DNA from: an uncultured virus (IMG/VR IMGVR_UViG_3300032087_004917)
Lineage: Duplodnaviria > Heunggongvirae > Uroviricota > Caudoviricetes
Direction: 5' to 3' (one strand)
Virus record (IMG/VR): IMGVR_UViG_3300032087_004917
Length of the DNA stretch: 64,000 nt
Shown piece after piece: positions 9,167 to 19,748 of this stretch. The translations under genes and the position numbers were made by a program. The number at the start of each line of letters is the position of its first letter. Position 1 is the first letter of the stretch. The notes beneath the pieces were generated by a model. It ran no database searches and was not told the origin of the DNA. It saw only the letters and a program-made list of their open reading frames with translations.

Positions 9167-11524
9167 TTAGGCTGTTCCGGCGATCTCGTCAAAGTTCACA
9201 CCAGTTCTAGTGGCGACAAAGTTAAGAGTGATGAAGTTGATCGAGCGTGTGGGTTGCACAAAGATATCTGCAACAAACTCGTTTCTATCAATCACTGCCG
9301 ATGTGTTGTTGGACTCGTCACAAATCACCTTAAAGTCGGTGATGCCGCGTCGAGACTGAACATCCGCAAGGAATGGCTCAATCAAACCTCTAAACTGAGA
9401 TCGAGTAAACTCATCATTCAGTTCAAAGAGGCTAAACTTGGCAGCAGTAGCGATTGCTTTCTCAAGAACAATGAACAATCTACGAACATTGATTCTGTCG
9501 AATGCACTTGGTCTGCTTGTCAGAGTTTTATCACCAAACAATACTGTGCCTTGTCCGGGGAAGGAAACAACAGGGTTGATTCCGTTGGAGTAAAGACTAT
9601 CTCTTTCAGCCTGCTTCGGGTTGAATGGCAGTTTGATCACATCTCTAAGTTGACCTCTGTTGAAGCCAGCAGGAGAGAACCAAGTTTCAGTTTCAACATC
9701 AGATCGCACAGCGATGCCAGCGATATCACCATTCAATGGCACATATCGGAAAACATCATTGAATCTGTCAAACATGTATTTGAAGCCAGAGTCAAGCACG
9801 ACATAAGATGAAGAAACATTCAAGTTGTTAACGCTATAGTCGGTATCACCACCCGTTGGGGTTGCATTTACACCCTTGCGATATGCAACGATGTTTGCAG
9901 CGGCAACTCTACCAGCCTTTGGCGAATCGGTGGATGAGAGAACGGTGTCTCTAGCAGGGGAAAGGAATGCAACGGCATCTTTTCTTGCATCAACCATCGA
10001 AACGATACTCTTAGCAGTGGCACTCTCTGAGGGACCACCAAGGATCACAGAGATATCGACTGTTTCTGAGTCTTCGAATTGATCGTAACCGTTGGTAAAG
10101 AAGTCACCAGCAGCGGGGGCAAATTCAGTGCCACCGATCAAACTTCCGTAGAAGTTTTTCTTCATCAATTCGTAAGTTCTGCCGGAGTCAGCGGTGACAC
10201 CCCACGCGGTTCCAGACCCAGTTCCAAAAGTTGAGCCATCAGTGTGCTTCAGCCAGAAAATGTATTCTGAATTTTCATTGATGGTATCTTTGTAGAACAG
10301 ACTTCTACCTTGCTCATCCTTAGCATTTGGAGCCTTGGATCGTGAGGAGAACCTTTCAAGAATGTTTCCCTTGGTTCCAGTCCACTTGCCATCCTCGTCA
10401 ACTACAATCGTGTGAACAAGGTCATTGGTTGCACCGTTAAACGCCGCACCGAATGAGGTATCGGGCAATTCGTCATCAAAGTTTTCTGCATACTTCCAAG
10501 TGATGAATCCATTGTTGGTTCCCGACTGACTTGCCAGTGTGGTTCCGACAGTCATTCTTGAGATGAAGTCAAAGGAAGCACCACCACCAGCCTTATCAGT
10601 TGCACCTGTAATCGTGATACCAGCACCTTCAAGGCTATCAAAGAAGAATGTGGTAATCGTAGTTCCATCATAGTGAGTTCCTGTCACGGCGGGACGAGTT
10701 GTTTTTGCAATTGCAAAAGTGCCACCTTCAACGTTAATTCTAAAGAATTCACCAGAGTTAGCACCAAACGTTGAAGATCCAACCACTGCCGATGTTTGAT
10801 CACCAGCCACGTTGATCGCAGTAATACCGGCAGATCCGGTGATTGAGTGAATAGTCAATCCAAACATATTCGATTGAGTAAATCCAGTAATTGGAGTCGA
10901 TCCAAACGCACCAATAGTAAGAAGGTCACCCGTTCCACCACTGCTTGCTTCAATAGTTTTAGTATCAGAATCGACAACGAAAGCAAACTCAGAGGTAACC
11001 AAATCAACAGTATCAAAAACTGCCGAGGTTCTGCTCGCCGCCGAAGAGGTGGGTGCTTTACCAAAGTCCACAAGACGGAATTTAGTTTGATCAGATTGGG
11101 CTACCTGAATTGAGTTACCAAGAACGCCGGGGAATCTACCAGCAAAGAATCCTTTAGAAGCCAAAGTTGATTCGGCTTTACTTTCATAATCCTCTTCATT
11201 CTTGAGCAGCAAATCACTAGTGTTCTTACCACCCGGATCTGCGATAGCGTTGAAAGATGTTGATTGGTTTACGACACGAACGACTTGAAGGTTGTTGCCG
11301 TAACCAAGAAAGTTTGCTGCGGTGAACCAGTGATTGAAGTTGTCATCGTTTGGACCCTGAAAAACTTCATTCAGATCATTGATGCTACTTACGGTCACTC
11401 TTTGCTCAAGCGGTCCCCATTGAAAGAAACCTGCGAAACCAGTGTTGGTTGTCGAAACAGCGGGAATAATTGTTGAAAGATCGATTTCACGGACTTGAAC
11501 GCCGGGGCTGACTTGGAATGCCAT
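9167..11524 (-). CDS. g18: Tail sheath protein gp18
   Basis: MAFQVSPGVQVREIDL, WFSPAGFNRG, FGDKT, SAFDRINVRRLF. Confidence 0.98.
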   Translation of the reverse strand: MAFQVSPGVQVREIDLSTIIPAVSTTNTGFAGFFQWGPLEQRVTVSSINDLNEVFQGPNDDNFNHWFTAANFLGYGNNLQVVRVVNQSTSFNAIADPGGKNTSDLLLKNEEDYESKAESTLASKGFFAGRFPGVLGNSIQVAQSDQTKFRLVDFGKAPTSSAASRTSAVFDTVDLVTSEFAFVVDSDTKTIEASSGGTGDLLTIGAFGSTPITGFTQSNMFGLTIHSITGSAGITAINVAGDQTSAVVGSSTFGANSGEFFRINVEGGTFAIAKTTRPAVTGTHYDGTTITTFFFDSLEGAGITITGATDKAGGGASFDFISRMTVGTTLASQSGTNNGFITWKYAENFDDELPDTSFGAAFNGATNDLVHTIVVDEDGKWTGTKGNILERFSSRSKAPNAKDEQGRSLFYKDTINENSEYIFWLKHTDGSTFGTGSGTAWGVTADSGRTYELMKKNFYGSLIGGTEFAPAAGDFFTNGYDQFEDSETVDISVILGGPSESATAKSIVSMVDARKDAVAFLSPARDTVLSSTDSPKAGRVAAANIVAYRKGVNATPTGGDTDYSVNNLNVSSSYVVLDSGFKYMFDRFNDVFRYVPLNGDIAGIAVRSDVETETWFSPAGFNRGQLRDVIKLPFNPKQAERDSLYSNGINPVVSFPGQGTVLFGDKTLTSRPSAFDRINVRRLFIVLEKAIATAAKFSLFELNDEFTRSQFRGLIEPFLADVQSRRGITDFKVICDESNNTSAVIDRNEFVADIFVQPTRSINFITLNFVATRTGVNFDEIAGTA

Positions 11525-11568
11525 AGATGATTCTCCTTACTGATCTTTTTATCTAGCATTTTGACGGA

Positions 11569-13212
11569 TTACAAAGAAAACTTGTCGTTATCTTCTATTT
11601 GCCATACTGTTCCGTCAGTGTCCACTATTTGATCCTCTTGTCCCGTATCCATAAAACCAAAGGGCATGAGGTCTTCTTCCATTTGCTCTATTTTCTTTTT
11701 ATAGAGTTGTTCACGAATATTTAGGTCTGTCATATCTTTGAAATATTGCTGGTTTGAAGCCCACGCAAAAAGAACGAGTGTCATAACCAAATCATCGTGG
11801 TGACCTGTCTCTGCCTCAAAAGATCCTTTTTTCGAAATGAATGAAGAAAGTTCTGCAATAATGTCATAATCTTCAATCATAAGTTTATCCTGCTCGATGA
11901 GTTCTTTGAGCATTGTGCATCCCACACGTTTTACCTTTGGACTCATTCTCACACCCTGCTGAGTCTGAAAGCCACCAAAACCACCATCCATGATTTGTCC
12001 CTTTCGACCACGCACGGACGTAACCAAAAGATTGTCGTATTCAAACTCATTATGCAAAATATCTGTAATCTCTTGACCAAGATCATTAATTTCTGTCAAA
12101 ATGTATGCATTGTTGTAGTGTGTCGCCATTCTGTAAATTAAGTTTGGAAAAAGATACGGCGACAGTTCATTGTTTCTAAATTGTGCAACAACCTTGTATG
12201 TTTCGTCGGAAATATCAATAATCGTGACCGCATGATAATCTAAATCTTGCCCACGGGAGACATCAACACCCATGAAATACTGGTGTCCCTCAACAGGCTC
12301 ATAGTAGACCTTCAAGCCGTCCTCACGCTCTTGCATCGGTTTGTGGTAGTGCATTGCCTTCAACTTTGAAGGGGCTATGAGAGTGTTTACAGAGCCAAGA
12401 AATTCACATTCGAATTCGACTCTGAATTGTGCAGGAGAGGTGTTCCTGATTGTTTCTTTTTTCCATTTTTCATCCCGACCCGGAACGTCAGACCAGTGAA
12501 CCTCGATTGGAGTATATGAATTACTACCCTCTTCGGCATCCTTCCAAAGTTTATAAAACATATTCAAACCTTTGGGAGTGCTAACGATCAAAACCTTTGT
12601 CGTTTGCCCCGCCGAGATCGTGGGATATACAGAGTTGAAGAATTCGTCTGCCACGTTTTCTGGAACAAACGCAAATTCGTCCATAAAAATTAAGTTAAAT
12701 GAACCACCCCGAACGGCTGACGATGATGTGGAGGACGCAAGAATCTTTGATCCATTTTCCAAAACAATCGAACCTTTGTTCCATTCTACAACACCTTGCT
12801 GAAGCCACTTCGGAAGATGCTCATATGCCAACTTCAGACGAGCAAGAAGTTCCCTAGCAGTTGAAAGTTTGTTTGCCAAAATTGCAACATTTACTTGTGG
12901 ATTGAAAAGAACATAGTGCAAAAGATAAGAAATAACAGTGGTGGATTTACCAGACTGTCTTGGCATCTTGCAGATCACAAAGCGATCCTCATGAACAGAG
13001 TTCAAAATATTTTTTTGAAAATCGTATGGCTGAAACTGAACAAGTCCGTCATCAAGTGAAACAATTTTGATAAAATTTTCAATAAAATACATCGGATCAG
13101 AAGCACACTTGGCGTATTCTTCGATCTGTTCTTTTGTGTATTCGGTTTCTACACCGGCAGCCTTGATGTTTGCATTACCAAGATAGGATTTGTCATCAAG
13201 TTTCTTTGTCAT
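11569..13212 (-). CDS. g17: Terminase large subunit gp17
   Basis: PRQSGKST Walker A, IFMDEFAFV Walker B, VSTPKG, nuclease GVDVSRG and HDDLVM; no intein or intron seen. Confidence 0.98.
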   Translation of the reverse strand: MTKKLDDKSYLGNANIKAAGVETEYTKEQIEEYAKCASDPMYFIENFIKIVSLDDGLVQFQPYDFQKNILNSVHEDRFVICKMPRQSGKSTTVISYLLHYVLFNPQVNVAILANKLSTARELLARLKLAYEHLPKWLQQGVVEWNKGSIVLENGSKILASSTSSSAVRGGSFNLIFMDEFAFVPENVADEFFNSVYPTISAGQTTKVLIVSTPKGLNMFYKLWKDAEEGSNSYTPIEVHWSDVPGRDEKWKKETIRNTSPAQFRVEFECEFLGSVNTLIAPSKLKAMHYHKPMQEREDGLKVYYEPVEGHQYFMGVDVSRGQDLDYHAVTIIDISDETYKVVAQFRNNELSPYLFPNLIYRMATHYNNAYILTEINDLGQEITDILHNEFEYDNLLVTSVRGRKGQIMDGGFGGFQTQQGVRMSPKVKRVGCTMLKELIEQDKLMIEDYDIIAELSSFISKKGSFEAETGHHDDLVMTLVLFAWASNQQYFKDMTDLNIREQLYKKKIEQMEEDLMPFGFMDTGQEDQIVDTDGTVWQIEDNDKFSL

Positions 13213-13681
13213 TGTTCTTTACTTTTTTCACTTTCTTTTGGGGCAACTGCTGTCTTACCAACTCTTGGAGTTCTTTTGTCGAGCCAACAAAAAATGCATT
13301 GTTTGTTACATTTTTTGCACCCTCTTCAGCCTCAAGAGTTTTCATTTGTTTGTGAATATCAAGGAGATCCTTGTTTGCCTCTGTGGCAGTTTTCAAAAGT
13401 TGACTCACGACTTCATACGCCCTCGGACTATCACTTTCCGAAGCAACTTTTAGAATACCGTCGATGGCTTCTTTACTGTAGTCAATGACTTCTTTAATGT
13501 TTTCGCGGACTTCGCCGTAGTCTTTTCGCTGATCCATCTTTTTACGTTCTGGAAATTTTGAAAGATCAATTTGAACAGGTTCTCGACGTTGAATCTGTGC
13601 CTTGGCGGTATCCGACACTTCAGGTGTCGTTTCACGCGGCTCAATATTCAAGGCATTTTCAAGGGGATTTTCATCAGACAC
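13196..13681 (-). CDS. g16: Terminase small subunit gp16
   Basis: SDSPRAYEV, NNAFFVGSTKELQ; upstream of g17. Confidence 0.92.
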   Translation of the reverse strand: MSDENPLENALNIEPRETTPEVSDTAKAQIQRREPVQIDLSKFPERKKMDQRKDYGEVRENIKEVIDYSKEAIDGILKVASESDSPRAYEVVSQLLKTATEANKDLLDIHKQMKTLEAEEGAKNVTNNAFFVGSTKELQELVRQQLPQKKVKKVKNNDKET

Positions 13682-14498
13682 TATAAGTTCCTCCAGTTAC
13701 ACTTAGCCCTGCGTCATATTCGAATATATTTTGCGTGATGCCCGCATCGGGTGGCAAGGTATTGATTCCAGACGCACCAGTAACAGATGTAAAGATTCTC
13801 GCCGCTGCCGCCGTTGGTCCGGTGATCGAGCCGTCCTGCAAAAAGTGAGAATTGAAAATTGAGATATCTGTCGATGTGATGTATTTGGAAGTTTTTGTTG
13901 GAGCAAACACATAAGTTTGAGCGGTGAAGTCAAGTGTAAAAATAATATTACGTTGCTCTGACAAATCACCCTCGTAACTAATTTCTGGGTTTACACTTGA
14001 AAGGGTGATCGGCAAATCAACTCTTGTATTGAAATCAGAGTAATTAATTGACATCGTAAACTCTGGCGTAAAGAATGGAAGAATCTGCTCAACGATTTGC
14101 AAAGCATCGTCCATCGTTCTTGCGGCGACCACCAACTGGAATCCAATATTGTAAGGAACCTCAGAAAATTGATGCTCATGAATCCCAGTGGATGATGCTA
14201 CTTTGTATCTTTTTTGCAGTGTGTTTCTTTTTCTTACACCATCATAATTGATTGATGTAATGCTGAAACCCATTCTTGGCAAGACCTGAGCCAAGTGAGT
14301 GCCTTGATCTTTCAAAATCGGAAACTCATTCAACATGCGAATAAATTTTTCTTTCGCCGCGTATGAAATCGGCACAAGAATCTTTTTCACGGTATTACCA
14401 TTTGAGTCTCTTCTTTGCACAGAAATTTCATCAAACAAAGAACCGAAAGCCACAACGACTTTACGAATAGACTCATGATAAAAAGTTGAGCCAAACAT
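13674..14498 (-). CDS. g15: Tail sheath stabiliser/terminator gp15
   Basis: FYHESIRKVVVAFGSLF, VPISYA.KEKF, LPRMGF, QIVEQILPFF.P. Confidence 0.94.
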   Translation of the reverse strand: MFGSTFYHESIRKVVVAFGSLFDEISVQRRDSNGNTVKKILVPISYAAKEKFIRMLNEFPILKDQGTHLAQVLPRMGFSITSINYDGVRKRNTLQKRYKVASSTGIHEHQFSEVPYNIGFQLVVAARTMDDALQIVEQILPFFTPEFTMSINYSDFNTRVDLPITLSSVNPEISYEGDLSEQRNIIFTLDFTAQTYVFAPTKTSKYITSTDISIFNSHFLQDGSITGPTAAAARIFTSVTGASGINTLPPDAGITQNIFEYDAGLSVTGGTYSV

Positions 14499-15367
14499 TA
14501 GAGATCACCCTCCGAGAACGGATCTGTATCCGTAAAGTCCAAGAACGACGCGGAGCCAAAGCCAAAGTCGGTATTGTTTTGAATAGGATCTTTGGCAAAG
14601 AATTCTTGAGTCAAACCAATCGAAGTGATTGCGAAGGTTGCTCCAGAAGAGTCACCCAACAATCTTGTGGCATCAGAGATAGAGCCTTCGACCATTTGAA
14701 GTGTCGCCTCGGTGGCTGCGGAGTTCCAGTTGATGACATTCATCGTAGCACCAGTTGATCCCGTACTAGTGTAAAGATAAGAAACTTCGCCCTCTGTAAA
14801 TGTGCCTTCTCCAGTTCCAAGATTCGCAAGGAATAGTTGACTCATGGCGGCAGATGTCACACCATCGACAACATCGAAACCGGAATCGAAATCCTCTCCG
14901 GTGACCTTGAACATGCTACATTCCATTTTGTAAGAAAAGATCTTACCAAAGTTAAAGAAATTGTATTCACGATCAATGAAGTTGATTTCAAAAAGTGCTT
15001 CGTCAAGGGGAAAGTAAATAAGATCGCCCTCGCGTGGATACTTATATTTTTTGTCCGCAAAGGTTTCAAGAAATCGTTTTCTTGACATAACAACAGACAT
15101 TCGATCTTTGATTTCAAGACCAATATTTGTTATTTGTTCTCCTTCACCCTCATAAGCCTCGTAGTTATCGACATACATTTCGATACCACGACCATTCTCA
15201 AACTTGGGTTGACGATCTTCACCAAAAATTTCATCTTCATTGATAATAGATCGTGGAATGTAAATCATGTCCACGCCATGAATCTTGATGGCTTCGTCAA
15301 CAAGATCTTGAACAAGTCTTTGCTCTGCCTTGCTATTAAACTTGTTAAAGTAATGATTCGTAGCCAT
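14498..15367 (-). CDS. g14: Neck protein gp14
   Basis: EQRLVQDLVDEAIKIHG, PREGDLIYFPL, LDFTDTDPFSE. Confidence 0.94.
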   Translation of the reverse strand: MATNHYFNKFNSKAEQRLVQDLVDEAIKIHGVDMIYIPRSIINEDEIFGEDRQPKFENGRGIEMYVDNYEAYEGEGEQITNIGLEIKDRMSVVMSRKRFLETFADKKYKYPREGDLIYFPLDEALFEINFIDREYNFFNFGKIFSYKMECSMFKVTGEDFDSGFDVVDGVTSAAMSQLFLANLGTGEGTFTEGEVSYLYTSTGSTGATMNVINWNSAATEATLQMVEGSISDATRLLGDSSGATFAITSIGLTQEFFAKDPIQNNTDFGFGSASFLDFTDTDPFSEGDL

Positions 15368-15370
15368 GTA

Positions 15371-16165
15371 TTATCCTGTAAAGAAGTCTGGGGGAAGTTC
15401 GTATTTGTCTTGCAGTGTATCCTCGATTTTTTCCATTTCTTCGTTGCCTTGACTCAACAAAGCCTGTCCATCGAATTGAACACCACCGGGAAGATTAATT
15501 CCTTGATATTTGATGAGGTTCATGCCCCATTGTTTTCTGAATGAGGCAGTCACATATCTTTTGAGAAGAATGTCGTTATAGATTTCTGAATAAGTATCTG
15601 GGTCAAGGCTGGCGTAGCCGTCAATCACCAAGAAATCTCCTGCGTCCAAAGTCTCAGACCAGTTCATGTCAAGATAAAGTCTGTTGGTCACGCGAGTGAA
15701 ACGCACCTGCTTTTCAGGACTAAGGAAGTCTGACAAAAGTTGAATGTAAGATTGAGTGATGTAATAGTTTGTCATATCACCCATTGCACGCAAACCATAA
15801 ACATCTTGCAGTGCCATTTGGTAGCGAATGCTAAACATGTTTGTGCCAGCAGCACCTTCATCAAACTGAAAAACTTTAGTTACAGATAATAGTTTTGTTC
15901 CGTTTTCAACCTGCGGATAGTCATTGGGACCAGTCAGACCAATCGAATCTGTATCAATGAAGCCATTGGTGATATCGTCTGCGGTCACCTCATATTTGAA
16001 AAGAACACGCTCAACGCCATCAAAATGATACTCATTGAACATTTGAAGAGCATCATCGATAGAATCCTCAAGTTGAGAATCATCGACATTAATCTCGATT
16101 ACGGGTGCGCCGAGTTTTCTTAGAGCATATTGCTTTAGTTCTTCGCGTGTTGTTGGTGTCGCCAT
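15371..16165 (-). CDS. g13: Neck protein gp13
   Basis: LKQYALRKLGAPVIEINVD, KQWGMNLIKY.G..LPGGV. Confidence 0.95.
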   Translation of the reverse strand: MATPTTREELKQYALRKLGAPVIEINVDDSQLEDSIDDALQMFNEYHFDGVERVLFKYEVTADDITNGFIDTDSIGLTGPNDYPQVENGTKLLSVTKVFQFDEGAAGTNMFSIRYQMALQDVYGLRAMGDMTNYYITQSYIQLLSDFLSPEKQVRFTRVTNRLYLDMNWSETLDAGDFLVIDGYASLDPDTYSEIYNDILLKRYVTASFRKQWGMNLIKYQGINLPGGVQFDGQALLSQGNEEMEKIEDTLQDKYELPPDFFTG

Positions 16166-16260
16166 CTACTTCGCTCCTTGTCCTTTTATATGTATTAGAG
16201 CGAGGCTTCCTACGCCTGATTTGCTTACCCCTCGGCTTGTTTGGTGGTTCAACGCTCACG

Positions 16261-17355
16261 TTAGAAGACAATATTTACGAGTTCTCTAATCGTGGACACG
16301 GCTTTAAGTTTATCAGTAATAACCCGCATAGTGTCATTATTTGTTCTAAACTTAACTTCCATATTTGCGATCAGACTTTGAAGTTGTGATGTTGAGTTTG
16401 TTCCGCCACTCACACCATCAATTGTCAGTCCTCTCGATCCGGCATTATCATTCATAAATGGCAAGAAGATTTGCCCTCTGATATTTGCAGCATCATTGAA
16501 AGCCAACTGATTTAGTGCAAAAAGTCTTTCCTGTAAAATAAGTCCAGTGAGCAGTTTTGTTTTGGATGTAGTGTCTCCAGCAAGGAACTCTGCCGTAAGA
16601 CCTGCCGTCCCGTAATTAACGGTCAGGGTCAAGCCAATACTATTTTGACTTTTTGCAAATGCCGTTGCCTGATCAACAAGTTTATCAAGAACACTTTGGG
16701 TATTTAAAATCTCTACCAAACCAGCAACAGAAGCCGTGCTACCTGACTTGACATGTTGTGCCATCAGAGATGAGCCAGCAAAAGTAAACCCACTAAATGA
16801 TGTGATACCATCAGTCCCCGTCGTGCCGGGATACAAGATTTGCATACTACTTGTCGTGCCTGTGGTTGTGCCATCAAAGAATCCACCAAAAAAGGCTTGT
16901 AGTGTCGGACCAACATTACTTCCACCAGTTCGAGAGGTAAAAACCAACTCGTCCATGTGAGACATGCCAGCGATTGAAATTCCCAGATTGGTATTACTGA
17001 AAGAAATAATATGTGTTGCTCTTGGATCTCTCACGGTCGCGTATGCGACAGTACCCGTAATACCCGCTGTAGCACCGATGGATTTTGATCCCGCAGAGGC
17101 AAAGCCAAGTCTTGATGATGAAAGTGAATTGTTTACGGTTGATTTTGTCTTTGCAAAATCCTTAAACAAAATATTTGACTTAAATGGCAACAAACTAGCA
17201 CCGGCGGCGAATGATACTCCACCAGCGGCAAAATACTGTGTCGTATTTGAGTCTGCTGGAATAGTAGTCAAGAAATCGCCACTTGTGTTAATCACATATA
17301 GTGCAAGATTACCTGCCGTTGATCCTACATCACCACTATATTGAACTTGTACCAT
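16261..17355 (-). CDS. Hypothetical virion structural protein (G/T/S rich)
   Basis: 364 aa ORF in the late structural operon; composition typical of fibre/collar proteins. Confidence 0.6.
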   Translation of the reverse strand: MVQVQYSGDVGSTAGNLALYVINTSGDFLTTIPADSNTTQYFAAGGVSFAAGASLLPFKSNILFKDFAKTKSTVNNSLSSSRLGFASAGSKSIGATAGITGTVAYATVRDPRATHIISFSNTNLGISIAGMSHMDELVFTSRTGGSNVGPTLQAFFGGFFDGTTTGTTSSMQILYPGTTGTDGITSFSGFTFAGSSLMAQHVKSGSTASVAGLVEILNTQSVLDKLVDQATAFAKSQNSIGLTLTVNYGTAGLTAEFLAGDTTSKTKLLTGLILQERLFALNQLAFNDAANIRGQIFLPFMNDNAGSRGLTIDGVSGGTNSTSQLQSLIANMEVKFRTNNDTMRVITDKLKAVSTIRELVNIVF

Positions 17356-19731
17356 TTATACCTCCACCTGCTTGAAACTAGCACTCACATATCCGGCAGC
17401 CCTAAAAAGAAGACCTGTTTCGTTAGTGACAATCGCAGTGCCACCAAACGGATCAAATCCATCCACAATCTCCCCGGTGCTAGGATCAACCCCATCAGCC
17501 AAGCCCAAATCCATCGATGCGAATGGCAAAATTTGAACTCTTCTCTTTGCTGTGCCGGTAATTTTGAAGGTGTGTCTGGTTGTCATAGTATTGTCACTTC
17601 CCATTCCAGCACCACCTCTCGCGGCGTTTAGCGTTGTTGGAATGGCAGGATCAATAAACCCTCTAGGTCCGATTGGAGCCATGAATTGAACACCGTTGCT
17701 GCCATCTGCTAAAGTTTGCACATTAAGATTACCTTTAATGTTGCCAACATAGAAAGGTTGAGTGTTATCTGCCAAAAGACCATCCGACTGAATGGCATTG
17801 CCAGTCATGTCCCCGCCTGTTTCAACGGCTTCTGCACTACAACCAAGAGTGAGTCCTAGCAAGGCATCATCGTCCATGTCAACAAAAACGGCAACGCCCA
17901 TGATTTCAGATCTTTGTCTATTAGCACCAATATTTCCATCGTAGTCGCCGGGAGGGAACACAAATTCAATTTCAAAATCTCCGACCAAGTTTTCATTTCT
18001 TTCATTTTTGAAACAAATAATCTTATCATACGGATTCCCTGCTCGACCAGTAATCAATCCAGCCTGACGATCAATGGTAATATTTACTTCCTCTCCATTG
18101 TAAGAGATATAGTTACTACCGTTTCGATACGCGATAGCAGAAACATAAGTCACACCAGCACTCGAAGCGACTCTTGCGAATTGTGAAATATCGGTTCCCA
18201 AAATTGTTTGTGTCACCGTTGCATTTGTAGCAAGTCCAACTCCACCTGCTCCAAGATACTGCCTTGTATTTCCAAGAGGTCCGACTTGAATAGCATTAGA
18301 GTTGATACCAAATGATGAATTTCTGAAAGTGTCGATGTTGATGTCTGGTTCAAGATCAACCTCATCATTGAGGAGAGCATCTGGGAACATAACCTTATAG
18401 GATGCGGAAATGCCATTCGATGAAACCACTTGAATGCCACTACTAAAGGTAACACCAGCGTCCCCACCAAGAACAAGTTTACCACTCGCAAGATTTAGAG
18501 AACCCCAAGTTGATCCACTGTCAGAGCCAGTAATGCCACCGATGACAACATCACCAGTATTACGAACGTTCAACACGGGAGCAAGTGAGATACCGGCGGC
18601 GGGTTCTCCGAAAATTGTAAAGTTACCTTTAGCCGCGTTGTCGCTAGCCATGATGTCAAAACCAACGCTGTCGATATCGCTGCTGGTAATAAACCTAGTC
18701 GATGGAAGTGTTCTAAAACCTTTATCTCTAGGTAAAGTTTCTGTCAGAATACCTTCATTATTTTTTGCAATACTGGCGGGGTACATTCTAACACTGAACG
18801 TAATGCCGTTCGGGTCTTGAAGAATTACATCAGCGGCTCGTCCGACACCCAAACTTCTTGATTGATAATGAACAGGTGCGTTTGGTGAGGTAATACCAAA
18901 CAATCCCAATTCTCTAGAAGTTTGATCAATCACAACATAAGGTGCATTGGTGTTTGTTTCAAATCCAGTGGTGCTACCACCACCAGTGATAACTACACCC
19001 ATATTGTCACTACTTCGTCCGTTGATTCGACCAAAGTAGTAGAAAGATCCCTCTTCGTTCAATGCCCCGCCGCCATAGGCGTTATAACTCGAATCGTGGT
19101 ATGAAACCATCGCTCCAGTTGCACCGAACAATTCGATATTACCAGATTGTCTGTTTGCTGAAATTACACCAAGCGGTCCTGCATCGGCGGTTCCGAGTTG
19201 CATACCACCACTACCACCAAAGCGGAAGAATTTGTTAATATCACCGTCTGCACTAAAGCCACCATCGGCATCACTACCACCCGTGAACAGATCATAGGCG
19301 ACCATAGTGCTTCCGTTGTAAATCAACATGTCACCCTTGCCCATACCGGCAGGGACACCGATACCAGTAACAGTTAGTGTCAAGTCACCAGTGAGTCCGT
19401 TGACGGTGCGAACAACTTGTCCGAACAAAGTCGCCCCACCAAAATCTACAGTTGAACCAGAGAATCTAACTTCATTTTCAAAGGTAATCCCACCACCAAA
19501 CTTATGTGGTCCGGTGATGTGACCGGGAAGAGAAAGACCAACAACAGCAGCACCAGTCGTTCTATTTAAATCAATGGTGATACCGGCGACTTCACCGGAG
19601 CCAGCAGTGATAGAATAAAACTCAAGTGGGTTGAGTTTTGTGATCAATCTATTTGTGCTATCAAACCACACACGAAAGGTGTTCGCGTCTGTGATTGTTC
19701 CAATGTTATCTCCGTTGGGTGGTATAGTCAT
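17356..19731 (-). CDS. Putative fibre/whisker-type virion protein
   Basis: N-terminal NTFRVWFDSTN resembles T4-like fibre attachment motifs; VRTVNGLTG repeat; Gly-rich; wac/g12 position; TATAAATA upstream. Confidence 0.6.
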   Translation of the reverse strand: MTIPPNGDNIGTITDANTFRVWFDSTNRLITKLNPLEFYSITAGSGEVAGITIDLNRTTGAAVVGLSLPGHITGPHKFGGGITFENEVRFSGSTVDFGGATLFGQVVRTVNGLTGDLTLTVTGIGVPAGMGKGDMLIYNGSTMVAYDLFTGGSDADGGFSADGDINKFFRFGGSGGMQLGTADAGPLGVISANRQSGNIELFGATGAMVSYHDSSYNAYGGGALNEEGSFYYFGRINGRSSDNMGVVITGGGSTTGFETNTNAPYVVIDQTSRELGLFGITSPNAPVHYQSRSLGVGRAADVILQDPNGITFSVRMYPASIAKNNEGILTETLPRDKGFRTLPSTRFITSSDIDSVGFDIMASDNAAKGNFTIFGEPAAGISLAPVLNVRNTGDVVIGGITGSDSGSTWGSLNLASGKLVLGGDAGVTFSSGIQVVSSNGISASYKVMFPDALLNDEVDLEPDINIDTFRNSSFGINSNAIQVGPLGNTRQYLGAGGVGLATNATVTQTILGTDISQFARVASSAGVTYVSAIAYRNGSNYISYNGEEVNITIDRQAGLITGRAGNPYDKIICFKNERNENLVGDFEIEFVFPPGDYDGNIGANRQRSEIMGVAVFVDMDDDALLGLTLGCSAEAVETGGDMTGNAIQSDGLLADNTQPFYVGNIKGNLNVQTLADGSNGVQFMAPIGPRGFIDPAIPTTLNAARGGAGMGSDNTMTTRHTFKITGTAKRRVQILPFASMDLGLADGVDPSTGEIVDGFDPFGGTAIVTNETGLLFRAAGYVSASFKQVEV

Positions 19732-19748
19732 CTTCAGTCCTATTTATA

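Noticed and set aside
16089..16271. 60 aa Arg-rich ORF between the 16261 gene and g13
   Set aside because: Overlaps g13 and its promoter/RBS; no support for translation
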